DNA from: Eubacteriales bacterium
Lineage (GTDB): Bacteria > Bacillota > Clostridia > Oscillospirales > CAG-272
Assembly: GCA_045591885.1 (NCBI GenBank)
Contig: JAZNTT010000029.1
Location: forward strand, 1 to 56,650
Direction: 5' to 3'
DNA: 56,650 bases
In this document: one piece after another, positions 46,552-55,758 of the stretch
Numbering within the stretch: position 1 is the first letter of the stretch
Layout of the letters: each line of letters opens with the position of its first letter
Notes under the pieces: model-generated
What the model was told of the DNA's origin: nothing
The model's input: the letters and a program-made list of their open reading frames with translations, nothing else
Database searches by the model: none
Position numbers and translations under genes: made by a program

Positions 46552-47286
46552 TTATCCTTTCATCCAATTTCCGTTATCGTAGATGTATTTGCAGTCGTCA
46601 CTTTCGTTACCGTTTCCGTCGGTCAGAATAAGCGGTCTCATCACGTTAACGCCGCTTTTTCCGCCCTTTTTGGCAGAAACGAGAACAAGGCATGGCGCGT
46701 GAGATACACTTTGAAAAACGAAGCAAATATTCTTCGGCTCAAGCTTGCTTTCACGAAGTGCAGAAATGAGATCCGTCAGCCGATCGGGACGGTAAACGAC
46801 GTAAGCATCTCCGCCGTATTTAAGCATACACGAAGCCGCATAGCAGAGGTCGCCTATATCGCCGTTAAGCTCGTGACGCGCGGCGTATTTGCCGTCGTCC
46901 TCGTTGCGCTTTCCGCCGCCGACCTTCATGTACGGCGGATTCATAAATACCGCGTCACATTCGGTCTTAAAATCTCTTGCGTCGGTGCATACCGCCTCGA
47001 CAACACCGTCAAGACCGTTCAAAGCTGCGTTTCTTTCAGTAAGAGACGCGTAATACTCCTGCACCTCAAGAGCAAATATTTTCTTAAACTTACCCCTCTC
47101 TGCAAGCAGAAGCGAGATTATACCGCTTCCCGACCCTATCTCGGCGGCAATACCCGTTTTTTTGCCCTTTATGAATGCAGAAAGAAGATAAGCGTCGGTG
47201 CCGTAGGTAAGTCCTTTTTTGTTCTGAATTAGCTTGATGCCGTCATTTACCTCGGTCAAGCTTTCGTTTTCAAAAATATCGGTCAT
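46552..47286 (-). CDS. tRNA1(Val) A37 N6-methyltransferase-like (YabB/TrmN6 family)
   Basis: GTDA.LL, EIGSGSG, NPPY, ARHE; usual position next to rsmI. Confidence 0.85.
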   Translation of the reverse strand: MTDIFENESLTEVNDGIKLIQNKKGLTYGTDAYLLSAFIKGKKTGIAAEIGSGSGIISLLLAERGKFKKIFALEVQEYYASLTERNAALNGLDGVVEAVCTDARDFKTECDAVFMNPPYMKVGGGKRNEDDGKYAARHELNGDIGDLCYAASCMLKYGGDAYVVYRPDRLTDLISALRESKLEPKNICFVFQSVSHAPCLVLVSAKKGGKSGVNVMRPLILTDGNGNESDDCKYIYDNGNWMKG

Positions 47287-48467
47287 TGAAAGAGATCTAT
47301 TGCCTTTCCGAAGGCGGGAAGCGAGCGCCTTACCGTCTCTTCGGAAACACAGTAAGAAATGCGCAAATATCCGGAACAGCCGAAGCCGTCACCGGGAACG
47401 AGAAGAAGCCCAAGCTCCTTTGCCTTCTCGCTGAATTTCACGGCGTCACCGCCGGGTGCTTTCACGAAAAGATAAAACGCGCCGTCGGGAACGACACAGC
47501 TGTAACCCATAACGGTAAGCGCGGCGTATAGATTATCACGGTTTTTCCTGTAAACGGTAAGATCGCTCACCTGACCCGTGCAGGAGGCAACGACCTTCTG
47601 CATAAAGGTCGGGGCGCAAACGTAGCCAAGCGATCTACCCGCGCCGCATATAGCGAAGTAAAGCTCGTCAATATCGCTGACCCCGTCGGGAAGCGCGATA
47701 TAACCGATTCGCTCACCGGGAAGCGAAAGCGACTTCGAGTAGGAGTAGCAAATGACGGTGTCGGAGTAAATATCGGGAATGTACGGAACGCTCTTACCGT
47801 AGGTAAGCTCGCGGTACGGCTCGTCGGAGATTATGTATATCGGGTGACCGTATTCCTTCGATTTTGCTCTCAAAAGCGAAGCCAACTCCGAAAGCGACCT
47901 TTCGCTGTAAATAACGCCCGATGGATTGTTCGGAGAATTGATGATGACTCCTTGCGTTTTTTCATTTATCAGCTTCTTGATTTCGGGAATATTAAGTTCA
48001 AAATTCTCGGTGTCCGCATCGGCAACGAGAAGCTTACCGCCGTTATTTTCGGTAAAAACCCTGTATTCGGGGAAGAACGGCGCCTGAACGATAAATTCGT
48101 TATTTTCACCGCTGACGAGCGCACGAACGGTAATACATAGAGAAGCTGCCGCGCCGCAGGTCATATATATCTTGTCGGGCGAAATTTTCGCGCCGTAACG
48201 CACCGCAAGATCATCAGCTATCGCCTTTCGGGTAGCAGCATCACCCTGCGCCGACGAATATCCGTGAAGCGAGCAGGGGTCACTTTCTGCAAGTATCTTT
48301 CCCATTTCGGACAAGACCGCCTGCGGAGGAGGAGTGGAGGGATTGCCCAAGCTGAAATCGAAGACGTTTTCATCGCCTATCTCTTTTTTCAGCTTCTTTC
48401 CGTATTCAAAAAGCTCTCTGATCGACGACGGCGCCGATCCGAGACGGTACATTTCGGAATTGATCAT
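47283..48467 (-). CDS. PLP-dependent aminotransferase class I/II
   Basis: DFSLGNP, NSPNNPSG, SDEPY, SYSKSLSLPGERIGY, GAFY, LRISY. Confidence 0.93.
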   Translation of the reverse strand: MINSEMYRLGSAPSSIRELFEYGKKLKKEIGDENVFDFSLGNPSTPPPQAVLSEMGKILAESDPCSLHGYSSAQGDAATRKAIADDLAVRYGAKISPDKIYMTCGAAASLCITVRALVSGENNEFIVQAPFFPEYRVFTENNGGKLLVADADTENFELNIPEIKKLINEKTQGVIINSPNNPSGVIYSERSLSELASLLRAKSKEYGHPIYIISDEPYRELTYGKSVPYIPDIYSDTVICYSYSKSLSLPGERIGYIALPDGVSDIDELYFAICGAGRSLGYVCAPTFMQKVVASCTGQVSDLTVYRKNRDNLYAALTVMGYSCVVPDGAFYLFVKAPGGDAVKFSEKAKELGLLLVPGDGFGCSGYLRISYCVSEETVRRSLPAFGKAIDLFQ

Positions 48468-48544
48468 AAGAACCACCTGAATCACTTAATAAAAACATAA
48501 TAGCACTTTTTTCTCATTTCGTCAATAAAAATTGCTTTAGTCTA

Positions 48545-48573
48545 TTGAAATTGTTTGATTTATGTTATATAAT
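48545..48573 (+). promoter_or_regulatory. Sigma-A promoter of the aromatic amino acid operon
   Basis: TTGAAA-17 nt-TATAAT. Confidence 0.65.
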
Positions 48574-48624
48574 ATGATATTATAGTAAAATTTTTCTAAA
48601 AACCAACCCGATCGGGAGAACACA

Positions 48625-49719
48625 ATGAGCGATCTTACAAAAGTCAGAGCAGAAATAAACGAAATAGACAAGGAAATGGCAAAGCTCTTTGAACGCCGTA
48701 TGAGGGCGGCAGAGCAGGTCGCCGCTCACAAAAAAAGTGTCGGCATGCCTATTCTCGACGAAAAGCGTGAGCGCGAGGTCATAACGCGCAACTGCGAGTA
48801 CGTTTCCGACCCCGTAATAAAAGAGTATTACGTCAATTACATATCCGAAACGATGAAGATATCAAGAGCGTATCAGAACCGCCTTATGAACGGAATGAAG
48901 ATCGCATATTCGGGCACAGTCGGTGCCTTTGCACATATCGCGGCAGGCAAGATCTTTGGGGTCGGTGAAAGAGTTGCGTTCGGCAACTTCACCGAAGCGT
49001 ATAACTCCGTCGTCTCCGGCGAATGCGACTGCGCAGTCCTTCCGATGGAAAACAGCTACGCAGGAGACGTCGGACAGGTAATAGATATGCTCTTCTCAGG
49101 CCCGCTTTACGTTAGCGGCGTATACGATCTTCCCGTTGTCCACGATCTCGTTGCGATTCCCGGTGCGGTCAAGAGTGAAATCAAAAAGGTAATAAGCCAC
49201 CCGCAGGCGCTCAGCCAGTGCGCGAATTATATCAGAAACAACGGCTTCGAGCAGGTGCAGTACGAAAACACCGCAATGGCGGCAAAGGCAGTAAGCGAAA
49301 TGGCAGACAAGACCGTCGGTGCTATCTGCTCCGAGGAATGTGCCGAGATATTCGGTCTTACAGTGCTTGAAAGACACATAAACGAAAGCCGTTCGAACAC
49401 GACGCGCTTCGGAGTATTCACCCGCGCGCCTATCGACCACGGCATAAAGGAAGCACCCGAAAACCGCTTCATACTGATGTTCACTGTCCGCAACGAAGCC
49501 GGATCGCTCTCCGAAGCGATAAACATAATCGGACGTCACGGCTATAACATGACAACACTTCGCTCGCGCCCGATGAAGGAGCTTCTTTGGAGCTACTATT
49601 TCTACGTCGAATGTGAAGGCACGCTCACCGAAAAGGAAGCAAAGGTGCTGAAGGACGAGCTGTCCTGCTTCTGCGACCGCCTCAAGATCGCAGGCGCATA
49701 CAAAACGAAAACCCTTTAA
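48625..49719 (+). CDS. pheA: Chorismate mutase / prephenate dehydratase
   Basis: R.EI..ID...RM...VA..K (CM domain); P.ENS..G.V, SHPQAL.QC, N.TRF, ACT domain with SRP. Confidence 0.93.
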   Translation: MSDLTKVRAEINEIDKEMAKLFERRMRAAEQVAAHKKSVGMPILDEKREREVITRNCEYVSDPVIKEYYVNYISETMKISRAYQNRLMNGMKIAYSGTVGAFAHIAAGKIFGVGERVAFGNFTEAYNSVVSGECDCAVLPMENSYAGDVGQVIDMLFSGPLYVSGVYDLPVVHDLVAIPGAVKSEIKKVISHPQALSQCANYIRNNGFEQVQYENTAMAAKAVSEMADKTVGAICSEECAEIFGLTVLERHINESRSNTTRFGVFTRAPIDHGIKEAPENRFILMFTVRNEAGSLSEAINIIGRHGYNMTTLRSRPMKELLWSYYFYVECEGTLTEKEAKVLKDELSCFCDRLKIAGAYKTKTL

Positions 49720-49728
49720 GGAATATTT

Positions 49729-50739
49729 ATGAACACGATAAAAGTAAACCTCGGCGAAAACAGCTATAACGTATACGTCGGTGGGGGTCTGATAAACGAG
49801 GCAAAAAATCTCTTTAACCTCGACCGCAAGGTTCTGATCGTAACCGACGACGGAGTTCCGACCGAATATTCAAAGGCAGTTGCCGAGCAGTGTAAGGAAG
49901 CATATATAGTAACCGTGCCGCAGGGCGAGGGATCAAAAAGCATCGAGACGCTTTCCCTGCTCCTCTCCGAAATGCTGAATAACGGCTTCAACCGAAATGA
50001 CTGCGCAGTCTCGGTCGGCGGAGGTGTTGTCGGAGACCTTACCGGCTTTGCCGCATCCTGCTATATGAGAGGTATCGACTTCTACAATATACCGACAACG
50101 GTCCTCTCGCAGGTCGACTCGTCCGTCGGCGGAAAAACGGGAATCAACTTCGGCGGAGTAAAAAACACAGTCGGCGCGTTCAAGCAACCGAAGGGAGTTG
50201 TCGCGGACATAAACACCCTCGCATCGCTCCCCGACCGCCAAATTTCAAACGGACTTTGCGAAGCGCTCAAAATGGCGGCAACCTTCGACTCCGAGCTGTT
50301 TGAGATATTCGAAAACGAGATCCCGACAGAACAGCTTGAAAAGATAATCGCAAAAAGCGTTGAAATAAAAGTAAAGGTCGTCGAAGAGGACGAAAAGGAA
50401 TCAGGGCTGCGCCGCGTGCTGAATTTCGGACACACGGTAGGTCACGGAATCGAATCGCTCGGACTCGGATATTACCACGGCGAGTGCGTCGCGCTCGGAA
50501 TGATACCGATGTGCGGAGAGGGCGTAAGGGAACGCCTGATCCCGATACTCAAAAAGCTGAACCTCCCGACAGAATCGGATTTCGATATCGATAAAGCGTT
50601 CGAGGCAGTCTCGCACGATAAAAAATCGACCTCCTCGGGAATAAACGCAGTATTCTGCGAAAAGATCGGCACGTATACGGTGAAAAAAGTAACGCTAAAT
50701 GAGCTGAAAGAGCTTACAGAAAACGCTAAAATTTATTGA
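49729..50739 (+). CDS. aroB: 3-dehydroquinate synthase
   Basis: GE.SK, GGGVVGD..GF.A..YMRG, PTT.L.QVDSSVGGKTG, LNFGHT.GH, HGE.V. Confidence 0.96.
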   Translation: MNTIKVNLGENSYNVYVGGGLINEAKNLFNLDRKVLIVTDDGVPTEYSKAVAEQCKEAYIVTVPQGEGSKSIETLSLLLSEMLNNGFNRNDCAVSVGGGVVGDLTGFAASCYMRGIDFYNIPTTVLSQVDSSVGGKTGINFGGVKNTVGAFKQPKGVVADINTLASLPDRQISNGLCEALKMAATFDSELFEIFENEIPTEQLEKIIAKSVEIKVKVVEEDEKESGLRRVLNFGHTVGHGIESLGLGYYHGECVALGMIPMCGEGVRERLIPILKKLNLPTESDFDIDKAFEAVSHDKKSTSSGINAVFCEKIGTYTVKKVTLNELKELTENAKIY

Positions 50740-50748
50740 AGCACAAAA

Positions 50749-50891
50749 CACCTTCTCCTGAGGGAGAAGGGGGACCACGAAGTGGTGGATGAGGAGTAAA
50801 TTCCCTTTTTAGACACCTCATCCGTCCGAGGTTTACCTCTTAGACACCTTCTCCCACTGGAGAAGGCGGCGGGAGCAAGCCCCCGCCCTAC
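50749..50891. repeat. Mosaic of an inverted CCTTCTCC-N4-GGAGAAGG repeat pair plus a GTAG REP
   Basis: Hairpins at 50751-50770 and 50847-50866; GGATGAGG/CCTCATCC inverted match; exact REP copy at 50867-50891. Confidence 0.8.
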
Positions 50892-50932
50892 TGTGAAGCT
50901 TCTAACCATCTCCGATAAAAAGGACCAAAACC

Positions 50933-52027
50933 ATGAAAAACACATTTGGAAACAATCTTCATATAACCCTCGGCGGCGAAAGCCACGGTGACTCGCTCTT
51001 CGCAGTCCTCGACGGTCTGCGTCCGGGAACGGTGATAGACGAAAGCTATATCGCATCGCGTCTTACTCTCCGCCGTCCGTCGGGCAATATATCGACGCCC
51101 CGTAAGGAAGCCGACGAATTCAAAATAATCAGCGGCGTATACGATGGCAAGGCAACGGGAACTCCCCTCTGCATAATTATCCCGAATACCGCGAAGAAGA
51201 GCGCAGACTACGATGAAACGCGCTATCTTCCCCGCCCATCACACGCAGATTATTCCGCATTCTTAAAATACGGCGGCTATCAGGACCACCGCGGAGGCGG
51301 ACATTTTTCGGGCAGAGTTACAGCCGCGCTCGTCGCGGCAGGCGCTATCGCACAGCTTGCGCTTGAAAACGAGGGAATAAAGATCGGTACACACATAAAG
51401 AATATCGGTCCCGTAACCGACCGCGATTTTGAAGACCTCGAAAACGATATAGCATACCTCTCCGATAAGACCTTCCCCGTGCTCTCCGAAGAGTCGGGCG
51501 AGGAAATGATAAACGAGATCGAAAAAGCAAGAAACGACCTCGACAGCATCGGCGGAACGCTCGAAACCGCCGTCATCGGAATGAAGGGCGGCTACGGCGA
51601 GCCGTGGTTTGATACCTGCGAGGGTATGCTCTCTCACGCACTATTCTCGATCCCCGGCGTAAAGGCAGTCGGTTTCGGCATAGGCGAAGGATTCGGCACC
51701 ATTCGCGGAAGCGAGGCAAACGACGCTTTCACTTACGAAAACGGCAAGGTATTTACAAAAACGAACAACAACGGCGGAATCAACGGCGGAATCACAAACG
51801 GTATGCCGATAACCTTCACGGTAACCGTCAAGCCCACGCCGTCGATCGCCAAGGAGCAGTCGACAGTCGATCTCAAAAACCGTGAGAACAAAACTCTCTC
51901 TGTTCACGGCAGACACGACCCCTGTATCGTACACCGCGCGGCATCGGTAGTAAACGCCGTCACCGCACTCACACTTCTTGACCTGATTTACACGCGCGAC
52001 GGAAACGCGCCGAAAGGAAATATATGA
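50933..52027 (+). CDS. aroC: Chorismate synthase
   Basis: GESHG, PRPSHAD, RGGGHFSGR, GGINGGITNG, KPTPSI, GRHDPC. Confidence 0.96.
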   Translation: MKNTFGNNLHITLGGESHGDSLFAVLDGLRPGTVIDESYIASRLTLRRPSGNISTPRKEADEFKIISGVYDGKATGTPLCIIIPNTAKKSADYDETRYLPRPSHADYSAFLKYGGYQDHRGGGHFSGRVTAALVAAGAIAQLALENEGIKIGTHIKNIGPVTDRDFEDLENDIAYLSDKTFPVLSEESGEEMINEIEKARNDLDSIGGTLETAVIGMKGGYGEPWFDTCEGMLSHALFSIPGVKAVGFGIGEGFGTIRGSEANDAFTYENGKVFTKTNNNGGINGGITNGMPITFTVTVKPTPSIAKEQSTVDLKNRENKTLSVHGRHDPCIVHRAASVVNAVTALTLLDLIYTRDGNAPKGNI

Positions 52028-53274
52028 AATACGGACTTATAGGCGAAAAGCTCACACATAGCTTTTCCCCCGAGATCCACGAAAAATTAGGCGACTACCC
52101 CTACGAGCTTCTTGAGCTTAGCAAAGAAGAGATCTGCACTTTTATGACCGAAAAGGACTTTTCGGCAATAAACGTAACGATCCCCTATAAAAAGGAAGTC
52201 ATTCCCTACCTCGACGAAATAAGCGAGGAAGCGAAAAAGATAGGCGCGGTCAATACCGTCGTAAACCGCAACGGAAAGCTTTACGGCTACAATACCGATT
52301 ACATGGGAATGTCGCGTCTCATTATGCGCGTAACAGACGGTAAAAAGCTCAGCGGCAAGGTGCTCATTCTCGGCACAGGCGGGACTGCTGTCACCGCAAG
52401 AGTCGTCGCACGCGACCTCGGAGCCGACGAGGTAATTACAGTCAGCCGTACCAAAACCGATGAAACGGTTACTTACGCAGAGGCAATCGAGCTTCACCCC
52501 GACGCGTCGTTTATCATAAACTGCACGCCTGTCGGAATGTATCCGAACGATTTTGAAAGCCCGATAGACCTCAAAAATTTCACTCAGCTTTCGGGCGTAA
52601 TCGACGCAATATATAACCCTCTCCGCACGCCTCTTATCCGTCAGGCAAAGAAGCTATGTATACCTGCCGAGGGCGGTCTGTATATGCTCGTTTCCCAAGC
52701 AGTTGCCGCTTACGGATACTTCTTCGATACCGAAGCGCCGACGGAGCTTTGTGACCGCATATATAACGAGGTGCTTCTCGAAAAGGAGAATATAGTCCTC
52801 GTCGGTATGCCGTCCTGCGGAAAATCGAGCATAGGCAAAGCGCTCTCTGTCACTCTGCGCCGTCATTTCTACGACAGCGACGAGCCGATAGCAGAGGACG
52901 CGAATATGTCTATTCCCGAAATTTTCCTGCGCTACGGAGAGACGCATTTCCGCTATCTCGAAACGAAATCAATAAAGAAGCTGTCAAGCGGAATCTGGAA
53001 CGCAGTCATCGCAACGGGCGGAGGTGCCGTTATCCGCGAGGAAAACGTCGATATGCTGAAAGCAAACGGACGCCTTATATTCATCGACAGATCCTTAGAA
53101 AACCTTACCCCGACCCCCGACCGTCCTCTTTCGGGCGATATGGATTCACTTCGCCGCCGCTACGAGGACAGATACCCGATATATACGTCGGTCTGCGACG
53201 ACGCGGTTGACGGAAACGGCACGGTCGCGGAGGTCGCGTCAAGTATAATCAAGCTTCTGAAAGATAAACAATGA
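52024..53274 (+). CDS. aroE: Fused shikimate dehydrogenase / shikimate kinase
   Basis: HS.SP.IH, NVTIPYK, GAVNT, NTD..G, N.TPVGM, GL.MLV.QA, then GMPSCGKS, GE..FR..E, ATGGG, RPL. Confidence 0.92.
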   Translation: MKYGLIGEKLTHSFSPEIHEKLGDYPYELLELSKEEICTFMTEKDFSAINVTIPYKKEVIPYLDEISEEAKKIGAVNTVVNRNGKLYGYNTDYMGMSRLIMRVTDGKKLSGKVLILGTGGTAVTARVVARDLGADEVITVSRTKTDETVTYAEAIELHPDASFIINCTPVGMYPNDFESPIDLKNFTQLSGVIDAIYNPLRTPLIRQAKKLCIPAEGGLYMLVSQAVAAYGYFFDTEAPTELCDRIYNEVLLEKENIVLVGMPSCGKSSIGKALSVTLRRHFYDSDEPIAEDANMSIPEIFLRYGETHFRYLETKSIKKLSSGIWNAVIATGGGAVIREENVDMLKANGRLIFIDRSLENLTPTPDRPLSGDMDSLRRRYEDRYPIYTSVCDDAVDGNGTVAEVASSIIKLLKDKQ

Positions 53275-54461
53275 AAATACAGATAGAAAATACAACCTAC
53301 TCGGGTGAAATATCCGCGCCGCCCTCTAAAAGCGCCGCACACAGACGGCTCATCTGTGCCGCCCTCGCAAACGGAAAAAGCGTCATTCACGGCATTTCCG
53401 AATCGGAGGATATGAAGGCGACGATCGACTGTATAAGGGCGCTCGGCGCAACGGTCGAAAAGAACGGCGACACAGTAACCGTCATAGGTTGCGACCCGAA
53501 AAACCGCGAAAAAGCAACCCTTAACTGCCGCGAAAGCGGAAGCACGCTTCGCTTCTTCGTTCCGATCTGTCTGCTTTCGGATAAGGAAGCAACCCTTAAC
53601 GGAAGCGAGCGCCTGATGTCGCGTCCCCTTGAGCCGTATGAAGAGATATGCGTCGCTCAGGGAATGGACTATATACTGACAGAAAATAACCTGACCGTCA
53701 AAGGACCGATTACAAGCGGACATTTCCGCCTGCGCGGCGACGTGTCGAGCCAATTTATAAGCGGACTTATGTTCGCGCTTCCCCTCTGTGACGGCTTCAG
53801 CGTAATTGAACTGATACCGCCCGTTATGTCGGCATCGTATATCGCAATGACGGTCGAGGCGCTGAAGGAATTTGGCGTCCGCGCCGAAGTCACCGAGGAC
53901 AACATGATAATAATTCACGGCGGTCAAAAATATAAGCCGACCAACTGCGTAGTCGAGGGCGACTGGTCAAACGCCGCGTTTTTCCTTGCCTTAAACACCC
54001 TCGGCTCTGATATCGAAATAAACGGTCTGCGCCGTCATTCGCTTCAGGGCGACGAGGTGATAATAAAGCTGCTCGGTAAGCTCTCGCGTACCTGCCCGAC
54101 GATAGACGTATCCGATTGTCCCGACCTTGCCCCTATCCTTATGGCGACCGCAGCGGCTCTTAACGGCGTACACCTAACGAATACCGACCGCCTGAAGATC
54201 AAGGAGTCGGACCGCGGCGAAGCAATGGCAACCGAGCTTCGTAAGCTCGGCGTGACAGTTACCGTCGGCGATAACGAAATAACAGTCACCGCCCCCGAAT
54301 CGCTCACCGCACCGAAAGAACCTCTCTGCGGACATAACGACCATAGAATCGTTATGGCGTCCGCCGTCATTCTTTCCCTTGTCGGCGGCGAGATCGACGG
54401 CTGCGAGGCAGTAAGTAAGTCCTTCCCCGATTTCTTTGAGATTCTCAGCTCATTAAAATAA
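53271..54461 (+). CDS. aroA: EPSP synthase
   Basis: PPSKS..HR, ESGSTLRF, SSQFISG, EGDWS.A, KESDR, DHRI.M, KSFP.FF. Confidence 0.95.
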   Translation: MKIQIENTTYSGEISAPPSKSAAHRRLICAALANGKSVIHGISESEDMKATIDCIRALGATVEKNGDTVTVIGCDPKNREKATLNCRESGSTLRFFVPICLLSDKEATLNGSERLMSRPLEPYEEICVAQGMDYILTENNLTVKGPITSGHFRLRGDVSSQFISGLMFALPLCDGFSVIELIPPVMSASYIAMTVEALKEFGVRAEVTEDNMIIIHGGQKYKPTNCVVEGDWSNAAFFLALNTLGSDIEINGLRRHSLQGDEVIIKLLGKLSRTCPTIDVSDCPDLAPILMATAAALNGVHLTNTDRLKIKESDRGEAMATELRKLGVTVTVGDNEITVTAPESLTAPKEPLCGHNDHRIVMASAVILSLVGGEIDGCEAVSKSFPDFFEILSSLK

Positions 54462-54507
54462 CTGTCAAAAGCATATCAAAATCTTAGCAACCTCCCAATG
54501 TCCGCCC

Positions 54508-54832
54508 GAGATTCCGCCGCGCTTACGCTTGGCGCCGCTTCGCGGTTCGACTGCGCGCCGCCGTCACCCTAATCGCGACCCCCCAAAAGCTCATTACATT
54601 CGCTTCGGGGAACCCCTCACCGCAAGTCGAATGAGTCTGGCGGCGCTCCGCTCAGAATGACGCGGGCGGCCGAAAGAGGTTTTCAAAGGGGAAAACGTGT
54701 GAAAATTTGCGAAGGCAAATTTTCATCGGTTGTCACCTTGGTGCCGTGCTTTGGTCACCTTTCTTGGGCAAGCAAGAAAGGTGAGAAAAAAGAAAAATCT
54801 TATGATACGGCGGGAGCAAGCCCCCGCCCTAC
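54508..54832. repeat. Mosaic of four repeat families between aroA and tyrA
   Basis: GAGATTCC...GCTCCGCTCAGAATGAC frame; CCCCAA...GGGGAACCCC unit (54577-54616); structured repeat copy 2 (54672-54790); exact GTAG REP (54808-54832). Confidence 0.8.
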
Positions 54833-54870
54833 GAATTACATTCCGCAAACCAACAAATCATAGGTAAAAA

Positions 54871-55728
54871 ATGAAACTCACAAAAAACACAAACATTCTG
54901 ATAATAGGCCTTGGACTTATGGGCGGCTGTTACGCAATAGGTCTTAAGAAAAACGGCTATAAAGTATCCGCAATAACACGTTCCCGGTCCTCCATCGACT
55001 ACGCGCTCGAAAACGGCATTATAGATTACGGTACAACAGAGATCGATCCCGAGCTTATCGGAAAAGCCGACCTCATCATCTTTGGTCTCTACCCCGCAGT
55101 CTTCATCGACTGGATAAAGGAAAACCAGCACCTCCTCAAAGAGGGCGCGCTCATTACCGACGTAACGGGCGTAAAGACCTCAATAGTCTACGAAATTCAA
55201 AGCATCCTCCGCCCCGACGTCGAATTCGTCCCTGCGCACCCGATGGCAGGACGCGAGGTCTACGGCGTGCAAAACTCCGCGGGCGTTAACGTCTCGGAAG
55301 CAAACTTCATCGTCACGCCGACAGATAAAAACACCGAGGAAAACATCGAAACGGTAAAACAGCTCGGTCACGAGATCGGCTTTGCGCGCATCTCGACACT
55401 GACGCCCGAAGCGCACGACGAAATGATTGCGTTTCTATCCCAGCTCGCGCATTGTCTTGCAGTCGTCCTTATGACCTGTAACGACCTTAATAACCTCGAA
55501 GACTATACGGGTAACTCGTTCCGCGACCTGACCCGTATCGCACATATAAACGAAAATATGTGGAGCGAGCTTTTCATGATGAATAAAGAAGCTCTGCTCA
55601 ACCAGATGAACCTCTTTTCAAAGCAGTTCGACAAGTTGAAGAAACAGCTTGAGGACGGCGACACGGACGGCATGAAGGAAATGATGAGAAAGTCGACCCT
55701 CCGCCGTGATAAATTTGATAAAAAGTAA
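54871..55728 (+). CDS. tyrA: Prephenate dehydrogenase
   Basis: GLGLMGG, TDV.GVK, HPMAG.E, HD...A..SQL.H, SFRDLTRIA. Confidence 0.94.
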   Translation: MKLTKNTNILIIGLGLMGGCYAIGLKKNGYKVSAITRSRSSIDYALENGIIDYGTTEIDPELIGKADLIIFGLYPAVFIDWIKENQHLLKEGALITDVTGVKTSIVYEIQSILRPDVEFVPAHPMAGREVYGVQNSAGVNVSEANFIVTPTDKNTEENIETVKQLGHEIGFARISTLTPEAHDEMIAFLSQLAHCLAVVLMTCNDLNNLEDYTGNSFRDLTRIAHINENMWSELFMMNKEALLNQMNLFSKQFDKLKKQLEDGDTDGMKEMMRKSTLRRDKFDKK

Positions 55729-55758
55729 CCCCCCGCGTAAGAAAGGAAACCCCGCACC

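Noticed and set aside
54657-54863. 68-aa ORF sharing ERGFQRGKR with an ORF ending at 23385
   Set aside because: The similarity comes from the shared non-coding repeat, not from a conserved protein
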